Assembly (NCBI GenBank): GCA_965240325.2
Contig: OZ251223.1
Coordinates: 1,922,001 to 1,986,000, forward strand
Direction of reading: 5' to 3'
DNA: 64,000 nt
From: Rebecca billardiae RCC1528
Taxonomy: Eukaryota; Protista; Haptophyta
A model generated the notes under the pieces. The model was not told where the DNA came from. It ran no database searches and was given only the letters and a program-made list of their open reading frames with translations. Made by a program: the position numbers and the translations under genes. Shown piece by piece: positions 56,286-64,000 of this stretch (position 1 is its first letter; each line of letters begins with the position of its first letter).

Positions 56286-57671
56286 TGACCGCGTTCCGCG
56301 GTCCTTCCGTAGAACCAACGTAGTTAGGGGCCCGCGGTGCACCCTCCGTCGGCTGCTGTCTCAGTCTGGTCAACATGGCGGGCCGATGAGGACTGTCGCC
56401 GCGGGCCCGCGCGAAGAAGTACGGACGGCGGCCGGGGCAGCGGCGCGCGCGCGCAGGGCGAGCCTGCCTTGAGGTGCTCGCGCTGCGCCACGCGCTCGAC
56501 GACGGGCCGCTGGTCGCTCAGCCGGCGCGCCTCGTGCCGGCAGAGCGAGAGCGCGCACCACTCTGCTGGCCCCACCCCCAGCGGCCCCAGCCTGCGCTCA
56601 CGGCGCTGCGCAGCCGCGCACCGAGAGGCGAGACCGAGCGGAGCTCGGGGTGGAACGAGGCGAGCGGCGGGTCGCGCCTGCCGCCGCGCGTGCGCGCCTG
56701 CTCCACCGCGCCACCGTGCTCGCCCGCCGCCTCCTCCGCCGCGTCGGCCTCGAAGCCACGGCGGCGGCCAGCCAGCCTCCGACCGAGGCGGAGCCCGAGC
56801 CCGTGCGTGCTCACTCACCCGGCGCGGTGGCGCCCTCGAGTCGACGGCCGTCTACTCCACAGCTGGCTGCTCGAGCTGCTGCACGGGGCGTCGCGACGAG
56901 GGCGCCGCGCGCGCCCAGCGCGTCCGTCGCCGCGTCGCGCAGCGCGTCGAGCTCGGCGCCGCGCTTCGCCAGCTCGGCGCCCAGCGCCTCCGTGCGCACT
57001 CGTGCTCATTCGATTGTCGTCATCGCGCTCGTCGGCTCCGTGGCGAGCCCGCGGGGCGGACGAGCGGACTACTGCGCGCCGCAGCAGGAGCAGCGCGCGG
57101 CGCGCAGCGCTCCGCGCGCAGCAGGGCCGTCTCCTCATCCACCGAGTGCACGGCCTGCGCGGCGGCGACGGCGGCGCGCGCCGCCGCGGGGGGACGCAAG
57201 CGCTGCGGGCCGAGATGAGTCCGGCCGCCGAGCCGCGGTGGCGAGCGGCGTCGGCTTGCGCGCCGGGAAAATAATGCAAACCGGCAAACAGCGCGCTCGG
57301 TACGCCGACATGCAGTTTGAAACAGTCGTAGTATATGACCCATGCACATGCACTTATTTGTCAAAACAATACGGCCCTTGGACCGGCGACCAAGTTTTCA
57401 ATAGCGTCGATGACACGATGACTAAACTTTACTGACAAAGTGACGGCCAGCGGCCTTCGATCTTTCTTATTACTCACGTCCGGGCGCGCCTATTTCGTCA
57501 ACCGCATCTTGCGATAGAGAGCTATCTACCCCTCGAAAAAGCGAAAACTCACCCTCCAACAACCGTAAAAATCGTCCCCCGTCCCCTTTTCTTTGATCAA
57601 AAGATCTTTTTGACAACGTAGTGAGGGCCCCCGGCGGGGCTCCACGCTACGCGCTCCGCCCTGCACCGCGG

Positions 57672-57675
<4 letters not shown>
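56286..57675 (-). mobile_element. Non-autonomous Helitron2/Helentron-like element, copy 3
   Basis: Same termini as copies 1 and 2; perfect 13-bp asymmetric IR GGCCCGCGGTGCA at 56329-56341 and 57662-57674; flanked by (TA)n. Confidence 0.72.
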
Positions 57676-57726
<51 letters not shown>

Positions 57727-57748
57727 ATATATATATATATATATGTGT
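57675..57748. repeat. (TA)n/(TATG)n microsatellite
   Basis: Direct reading. Confidence 0.95.
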
Positions 57749-58823
57749 GTGTCCTCCTGCATGAAGAGCGATGCGACGCCATTGAGTATGGACGAACATC
57801 ACCCACAGTCTGCGTGATGTGCATGCGAGGGCAGGTATTGCAGCATATATGCGAGCATGCAGCAAATGCCGATACACACCATGCCGAAATGGTGATGTAT
57901 AAATATATACTTGCGCGTGGTGGGGATTTGTCCCTGGCTGAACGGGAAGAGCGACTGAGCCGACGGTGCCAAAGCTGCGCGCAGACTGCGCCAGCGACGC
58001 AGCGTGTGGCAGCAAGGTCCCTGGCTCAGGCAAGCGCAGCACTCACAGGCCTGACGACAAGGTTGTCAACCACAACGGAGGCTGCAGGGGCGGATGGCGG
58101 GTTTCGCAACGAGCACAAGCAAAGAACGCAGAGGAGATGGCGGGACCTCGGGCTTTGCAGATGCGCAGGCCGAAGCAGGGGCTGCCGAGAGGCGAGAGAT
58201 GAGCAGCTCGGCCCGAAAGGTCGTGTAACCGATGATCGAGCGAGCTCTGCTAGGTGGGCTGCTTGATATGAACTTTGGTAAGTTGCCACGCCGACTTAAG
58301 ATGACCTTGTATATGATCTCGAGCGCCGGATAGTGGAGAGGAGCGGGTACTTACAGAGGAGCCAGTGTGGTTGGCCGATATGAAAGGACCAGCGCCCGCC
58401 ATGATGATGATAAAGGATAGCTCCGTGGCCGATGAGCTCCGGAAATCGACTGCAACTACCTGCAGGACCTAGAAGACGATGGCGGCCCTTGTCCACCAGC
58501 TGCGCGTTGCCTTTCCAGCCTCCCGACACACTCGGTTATAACTCCGTTATAACGCCACGTGTCCTCCTGCATGAAGAGCGACGCGACGCCATTGAGTATG
58601 GACGAACATCACCCACAGTCTGCGTGATGTGCATGCGAGGGCAGGTATTGCAGCATATATGCGAGCATGCAGCAAATGCCGATACACACCATGCCGAAAT
58701 GGTGATGTATAAATATATACTTGCGCGTGGTGGGGATTTGTCCCTGGCTGAACGGGAAGAGCGACTGAGCCGACGGTGCCAAAGCTGCGCGCAGACTGCG
58801 CCAGCGTGTGGCAGCAAGGTCCC
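57749..58823. repeat. Pair of ~265-bp direct repeats (57749-58021, 58559-58823) around a ~540-bp spacer
   Basis: Near-identical copies differing by one substitution and an 8-nt duplication. Confidence 0.93.
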
Positions 58824-59032
58824 GTTTGTGAGCAGGAGAGATCCCGTTGAGGATGAGGGCGCTGCTGAGAGATGATGGAGGCGGATGACACGGAGGAGGC
58901 CAGAGGTCTGTAGCGCAAGGTGGCACGTCCTCGTTTTTTTTGGGGGGGGTTTTTTTGAGGTTGCGTGCGTGTGCGCGCGCGCGCGCGCGTTGGGTAAGCG
59001 AGTTCGGGGGTGGGTGCGTGGGGACCTCCGGA

Positions 59033-59278
59033 CCTACAAAGGTCTGGCCCGCAAGGGCTGTGCCTACAAAGGCTGTGCCTACAAAGGTCACTGGTGTGCC
59101 TACAAAGGTCACGGATGTGCCTACAAAGGCTGTGCCTACAAAGGTCACTGGTGTGCCTACAAAGGTCACTGGTGTGGCCTACAAAGGTCACGGGTGTGCC
59201 TACAAAGGCTGTGCCTACAAAGGTCACTGGTATGCCTGCAAAGGCTGTGCCCACAAAGGCTGGTGGCCTACAAAGGCT
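59033..59278. repeat. Minisatellite of 15- and 21-bp units built on GCCTACAAAGG
   Basis: About 13 cores; units GTGCCTACAAAGGCT and GTGCCTACAAAGGTCACTGGT. Confidence 0.95.
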
Positions 59279-59492
59279 TGGCCGAAGCGTAGAGACGATG
59301 TTGCTGCAACTTGAGCGAGAGATGTGCGCCGCGTCGCCAGAGCGCGCCTCCCAGCGGAGCCGGCAACGCGTGCGCCGGTGCGAGGGCCGGATCCGGCTGC
59401 GAGCGCGACTGCAGCGCGAGCGCGACGGGCGGCGGCCGCCGCCAAACTGCGCCGCGCGACTGGCGAGCAGTCGATGCAGCGGCGTCCGTGTC

Positions 59493-62400
59493 TCAGCGAC
59501 AAGCGCCCACCGCGGGCGGCGCGCCACGGACTCGCGAGCGCCGCCACACCGGCCCAGGGTTGCTGGCCTCGCCCACGCGCTCACCGCGCAGCGGCATGGG
59601 CGGATCGGCAGCGAGGACGAGCGGACGCGAGAGCAGCGCGACGAGCTCGTCAAGCAGCGCCTGCACGCGCACGACGGGCACTGCGAGCCACGTCGGGCGT
59701 AGGCCGAGCTGGGCGCACAGGCGCTCGAGGACGCCAAACTCGCCGCGGCTAGCTGCGTCCGCCAACGGGTTCATCTCGGAGAGGAGGAACTCCGAGTCGG
59801 CCAGCTCTGCGATCGTTCGCCATTCAGGGGCGTCGAGCAGCGCGAGGTGCGCGTGCTGCAGCAGCGGGGAGTGCGCGGACAGGTTGTGGAGGATGTGGTC
59901 GGTGACAGAGCTGTCGGTGCGGAGCCGGATGACGGCGCCTGCAATGCGCGGCGCGAAGATCAGCACGTTGGCGAACAGCGCGACGAACTCGAGCGCGACC
60001 ACCGGCAGAGCGAGGTCCGACGCGCGCAAGGGCAGGCTCCAGCAGAGCCCGTGGGCGTAGCCCCCCAGCGACGGCACGCGCGCGCCATCCTTGGCGGCGT
60101 CCGAGAAGAGCACGAACGCAGGCGGCGCCGCGGCCGGCAGGTGCCGGCGGGTCGAGGGGCCCGGCAGCGCGTTGGAGAAGAGCACGCCCGCGGTGGAGCG
60201 CAGGAGCTTGGCCCAGCGCGCGCACGCGGCGCGGAGCGTGGCGGTGATGGGCACCGGCCGCGCTGGGTGGCGTCCGAGCTCGCCGAAGTGCGTGTACAGG
60301 CCGTAGAAGAACGTGCGGTTCGCCGGCGTGAGCGGGCGGAAGTGCTCGAGCAGACCGACGAGCGCGCGAAAGGTAGAGAAGGGTACCGGCCTGCTCGCCA
60401 GCAAGTCGTCCAGGATGACGAGAGCGCGCAGGATCTTGGCCGGCGGCACCGCGAGGACGCCAGCGCAGACGACAAAGTCGCAGCCGAGCCAGAGCGCTGA
60501 CTGGCCGATTTGGCGCTTCTCGGGGATGGCCATGAGCAGGCCGAGGCTGGTGGTGACGCGGTGCCAGACGGAGAGAAAGCGCACCGTTCTGTCCACGCCG
60601 ACGATGGAGAAGTTGGTGTCGTCCGTGAAGCAGTCGCCGCTGAAGAGGCGCAGCTGGGGGCGCCGCGTGGTCACCGCGAGCGCACGGCGCTGCTCGATCC
60701 AGCTGCGCACAGCAGGGGGCGTCAGCGGGTCAGCGAGCATCGCCTCGAAGCGCGGCAGCTCCTCGTCGTCGAAGCACCGCGAGGCGATCTGCACGACGGT
60801 CGTGCTTAGGCGCTGCGCGATGTTACTGCTGGGCGAGAGCCCAAAGCCGAGGCGCGACTCAGAGACGACGACGTGGCCGCCGGCGGCAACGCCCTCGCCG
60901 TCCGGCCGCAGCCAGAGGAGGCAGACGTTTGGCAGCTCGGCCGTTGCGACGCCGAGGTGGTTGAAGAAGTCGGCCACGTCGTCTGTGAGCGTGAGTATTG
61001 GCTCGCCAAACACGGCGGCGGCGTCGAGCAGGATCGCGTTGTCGTGCATCTTGCCGCCGACCGTGGGCTTGGCTTCGCGCGGCCACTTGCGCGGCGGCGC
61101 GCGCGGCAGGGTGGGCGTAAGACCCGCTGCGATCATCCGCTCGGCCGCGGCGGACGGGGCAGCCGCTGCTGGGCGGGGCACGTCGTGCCAGCCCGCGGCC
61201 GCGTCAGCGACCTCGTCGTGGAGACCGACAGCGACGTTGAGCGGGATGACAGGCACGCCAGCTGTGTCGACGAGCGCGCGGCGGGGCGCGCCGCCATCGG
61301 TCGTGCGGCGGTGCCGGTCCGGCTCGAGCTTGCGCGGCGTGGACCCCTGCGGGCTGAGCCGGCACGGGAGGAACGGGAAGTCGTCCCAGAAGCTGTACCA
61401 GCCGCGCGCCGCGAGGCGGAGGAGCTCCTTGTGCACGGAGGAGGCGGCCGCGCCGAGGGTGGTGAGGTGCGGCAGCAGCACGAGCTGGAGAGCCACATCG
61501 GCCTTGAACCGCACACCGTGGCGCACAAAGGAGAGCAGCTCGCGGTCGGGGAAGTCGGGACCGACGGCAGCTTCGAGGGCGTCCGGCATGAGCGTGCGCG
61601 ACTCGAGCGGCGCCGAGAAGTCGAGCGGCAAGTACACGCCGTCCACCTTGCTCCGAAGGTCCCAGACGATGCCGCGGGCCTCCGGGTGGAAGAGGTCCTG
61701 GCCGATGGCGAGCGGCGCGTTGGTGCGCCGGGCGGCTGAGCCGAGCGAGAGGTACGCGCGCAGGTCGGCCTCCTCGCGGCGGCGCCAGCCCGCGACGAGC
61801 TCGAGCGCCGCGGGTAAGAGGATGTCAGCAACCGACCGCGGGCGGTACGAAGTCGCACGCTGCCGCCGCGGCGTCGGCACGTTGGTGTGAGGAGGGTCAA
61901 AGCGCGCCGACGTGGAGTCAAAGGGGAGCGCGGCGAGCGACCCGAGCGGCACGCGCATCGAGTGACCCTGCAGGGCGACAGGGATGCTGGAGCGGTCGGT
62001 GCGCACGCGATCGCCCCAGCCGGTGAGCGACTGGCCTTCCGTGGCCGGCAAGGAGGCGGCGCGTACAGCGATCATCGCCCGCAGAGCGGCGTCGGTCGCC
62101 TCGGCCGCGCGCGCCCCTTGCGCCCACGAGCGCTGCCTGGCGGCCGCCAGCGCCAGATCGCGCGCGGCCGAGGAACCGGCCGGACCCGTCGCGGCGAGAG
62201 GAGGCATGCGACGAGGGAGGACGTCCACGAGCGCTGCACACGCAGCGGCGGCCGGCTCGTACAAGTCGGAGCCGGCGAACGCGCCCAAAGGGAACCACTC
62301 GCAGCCAGCAGCGAGCATCGGCGAGCGCGGCGGGCGCGTTCGGCTGGGAAGGGCCACGACGTGCGCCTCGCCGCCAAAGCGGCACTCGGCGCCGCGCAGG

Positions 62401-63269
62401 CGTGTGGCGTAGATGCCCGTCAGCGGCGGGCCACCCGTGAGCGCGCGTGCGACGAGAGACTCGGCCCGTGGGCACGCCTCTGAGCGGGGGCACGACGACG
62501 TGGATGAGCCCAGAAAGGAAGTCGGCGCGCCGCCGGGCGCGCGTCGACCGGCAAGGATGAGCGGCGCGTCGGGATCGTCGAGAGCGACGACGAGCGCCAG
62601 CAGCGAGGTGCTGGAGTCCGTGGATGCACTGAGCGTGCGTGTCGGCTCGACCCACGCCAGCCGCGATGGCGGCATGCCACCTCCGCTGCGCGCCGCAGGC
62701 GCGCGCAGCGGCGGCGGCGCACCGGCGCCGGCAGATGTCGCCGCCTGGCGAGCCCGCGCGTCTCCGCCGACGCGAGGCGGCGGCAGCCGCGAGCGGTCGA
62801 GCAGCGCTGAGGCAGCCACGCCCGGCGCCAGCGAAGCGAGAGGCGTGGAGCCGCCCCGCCCCGCCGGCGCGAGCGGCGGCGGCGGCGCATCGCAGCCGAC
62901 AGCCGGCGCGGTTGGGCGCGCGCGCTTGGCGCCGTCGACGCGGGGCGGCTGCAGCCGCGCGCGGGCAAGCAGCACGGCAGCACCCACGCCCGCCGTCACC
63001 GCCGCGACTGGCGAGGAGGCGGCAGATGACGAGTCGCCTGCGCGCGCAGCCTCAGCACGCAGCGACCGCGGTGAGGCAGCGGCGGCCAGCCCACCCGGCA
63101 AGGGAGCAGCAGGTGGTACCGCCGGCAGGGGCACCTCGGCGCTCATCGCCGCGCGCGCGGCAGCGCCCGCGGGCCCGGCGGCGACCGCCGCCGCGGACGC
63201 CGGCGAGAGAAGCGGGCAGCAATCCGCCGGCGGGCGCCCACTTAGTGGCCCGTCGGCAAGCCAAAACCC
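59493..63269 (-). CDS. DIRS/Ngaro-type pol ORF (reverse transcriptase + RNase H), probably reached by -1 frameshift
   Basis: RT motifs TDDVADFFNHL, RLGFGLSPSSNIAQR, FTDD, PEK, WLG. DIRS-type RNase H motifs LFSDAAK..LGG, LEFVAL, RTDSSV, NPLADAASRG. Confidence 0.88.
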   Translation of the reverse strand, partial: GFWLADGPLSGRPPADCCPLLSPASAAAVAAGPAGAAARAAMSAEVPLPAVPPAAPLPGGLAAAASPRSLRAEAARAGDSSSAASSPVAAVTAGVGAAVLLARARLQPPRVDGAKRARPTAPAVGCDAPPPPLAPAGRGGSTPLASLAPGVAASALLDRSRLPPPRVGGDARARQAATSAGAGAPPPLRAPAARSGGGMPPSRLAWVEPTRTLSASTDSSTSLLALVVALDDPDAPLILAGRRAPGGAPTSFLGSSTSSCPRSEACPRAESLVARALTGGPPLTGIYATRLRGAECRFGGEAHVVALPSRTRPPRSPMLAAGCEWFPLGAFAGSDLYEPAAAACAALVDVLPRRMPPLAATGPAGSSAARDLALAAARQRSWAQGARAAEATDAALRAMIAVRAASLPATEGQSLTGWGDRVRTDRSSIPVALQGHSMRVPLGSLAALPFDSTSARFDPPHTNVPTPRRQRATSYRPRSVADILLPAALELVAGWRRREEADLRAYLSLGSAARRTNAPLAIGQDLFHPEARGIVWDLRSKVDGVYLPLDFSAPLESRTLMPDALEAAVGPDFPDRELLSFVRHGVRFKADVALQLVLLPHLTTLGAAASSVHKELLRLAARGWYSFWDDFPFLPCRLSPQGSTPRKLEPDRHRRTTDGGAPRRALVDTAGVPVIPLNVAVGLHDEVADAAAGWHDVPRPAAAAPSAAAERMIAAGLTPTLPRAPPRKWPREAKPTVGGKMHDNAILLDAAAVFGEPILTLTDDVADFFNHLGVATAELPNVCLLWLRPDGEGVAAGGHVVVSESRLGFGLSPSSNIAQRLSTTVVQIASRCFDDEELPRFEAMLADPLTPPAVRSWIEQRRALAVTTRRPQLRLFSGDCFTDDTNFSIVGVDRTVRFLSVWHRVTTSLGLLMAIPEKRQIGQSALWLGCDFVVCAGVLAVPPAKILRALVILDDLLASRPVPFSTFRALVGLLEHFRPLTPANRTFFYGLYTHFGELGRHPARPVPITATLRAACARWAKLLRSTAGVLFSNALPGPSTRRHLPAAAPPAFVLFSDAAKDGARVPSLGGYAHGLCWSLPLRASDLALPVVALEFVALFANVLIFAPRIAGAVIRLRTDSSVTDHILHNLSAHSPLLQHAHLALLDAPEWRTIAELADSEFLLSEMNPLADAASRGEFGVLERLCAQLGLRPTWLAVPVVRVQALLDELVALLSRPLVLAADPPMPLRGERVGEASNPGPVWRRSRVRGAPPAVGACR
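63226..63269 (-). promoter_or_regulatory. -1 programmed ribosomal frameshift signal
   Basis: G GGU UUU in the ORF1 frame, 5-nt spacer, then stem-loop GCCGACGGGC-CACUAAGUG-GGC-GCCCGCCGGC. Confidence 0.75.
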
Positions 63270-64000
63270 GAGGGCCAAGCGTCGAGAGCATGCTGGGCGA
63301 GGTCGACGGCATCGAGCGAGTGCGCGCCGGCGCCGATCGCGCCGTGGCCGGGTTGGCCCGAACACGGGCAGCGCCGGATGGCCACGTCCGCGAGTGAGGG
63401 CTTGGCCCTGCCGTCGGCGCGCAGCTTCGGGAACCGCGTGGCCACGACCGGCAGGCACGGGTCGACGTGCATCACACTCACGTACGCCGCCGAGAAGGAG
63501 CTCAGGCGGAAGAGGCCCAAGTTGTCCGAGAGCAGCCCGATGCCGAAGCAGTCGTGCGTCTCGGAGACGACATAGCCGACGGGGGGGCCGAAAGGCTTGG
63601 TGTTGAGGATGGTCACCTGCACGTCCGAGCCGTAGCTCGGCGCAGCGGCCGCAGGCCCGCGCGCCAACTGGCGCTGCTTCTTGCTCGGCGGGGGTTGCAG
63701 CTGCGCGCGAGCACGCCCTGGAGCGGTGGGCGACGGCTGCGGTTGCCCGCGCAAGGGGTTGGCCGGGGTGCTCGGGCCGGGGCCTGCCGACTGGCCGGCG
63801 CCCTGGCTGGCGCGGAGAGCGAGCATCCGGTCGACAAACGCCGCGCTCTGGTTCCAGGTGATCATGGTCGCCTGCGTGGAGCGACAGGCCTCGCGGATGG
63901 TGGCCAGCACGACCGACGACGGGTCGAGGAACGGCAGCTCAGGAATGCGCGCGAGCGGGTTGGGGTCGGCGAGGGCGACGCCAAAGCGCGTCTCGAGGTC
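63242..64000 (-). CDS. ORF1 (gag-like) of the retroelement, 5' part outside the window
   Basis: Open frame continuing to the window edge, overlapping pol in a different frame; C-terminal Cys/His cluster (DPC..RRCPCSGQPGH). Confidence 0.6.
   Translation of the reverse strand, partial: DLETRFGVALADPNPLARIPELPFLDPSSVVLATIREACRSTQATMITWNQSAAFVDRMLALRASQGAGQSAGPGPSTPANPLRGQPQPSPTAPGRARAQLQPPPSKKQRQLARGPAAAAPSYGSDVQVTILNTKPFGPPVGYVVSETHDCFGIGLLSDNLGLFRLSSFSAAYVSVMHVDPCLPVVATRFPKLRADGRAKPSLADVAIRRCPCSGQPGHGAIGAGAHSLDAVDLAQHALDAWPSGFGLPTGH

Larger units (their letters stand above)
57749..64000 (-). mobile_element. Tyrosine-recombinase-class (DIRS/Ngaro/PAT-like) retrotransposon, partial; no recombinase ORF seen in the window
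   Basis: gag-like ORF + RT-RNase H of DIRS type + candidate split direct repeats. Confidence 0.72.

Noticed and set aside
57709-58266. Cys/His-rich ORFs in the direct repeats
   Set aside because: One begins in a microsatellite, the two copies diverge in frame after an 8-nt insertion, and there is no family motif.
59033-59278. CRISPR-like array
   Set aside because: The intervening sequences are 5-12 nt and recurrent rather than unique spacers. There are no cas genes and the context is eukaryotic.

Overview
Very GC-rich eukaryotic nuclear DNA. It is probably from a haptophyte or similar alga with a secondary red plastid (inferred from signal + ASAF-like bipartite presequences and short GC-rich GT-AG introns). 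About 20 protein-coding genes are present, many in compact head-to-head pairs: Rab7, CNX1/gephyrin-like, sulfotransferase, LCM-family methyltransferase, FAD/[2Fe-2S] oxidoreductase, plastid phosphate translocator, kynurenine 3-monooxygenase, NEK10-like kinase, DOMON-copper monooxygenase, plastid S15, two histidine phosphatases, glutamate decarboxylase, a filamin-kelch-LamG protein, an NTT ATP/ADP transporter and kinesin-5. They are separated by AT-richer, repeat-laden spacers. The most notable structure is a DIRS/Ngaro-type retroelement at the right end, on the minus strand and running off the window. It carries a textbook -1 frameshift signal (G GGU UUU plus a strong stem-loop) joining ORF1 to the RT-RNase H ORF, a non-canonical 2A/StopGo-like motif (RVGEASNPGP) after RNase H, and a probable B-A-B split direct repeat at its 3' end. 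The window also holds three copies of a non-autonomous Helitron2/Helentron-like family with variable captured cargo, a TA-flanked Tc1/mariner-like MITE nest, and a tRNA-related SINE-like repeat. Exon boundaries were read by eye and are predictions.
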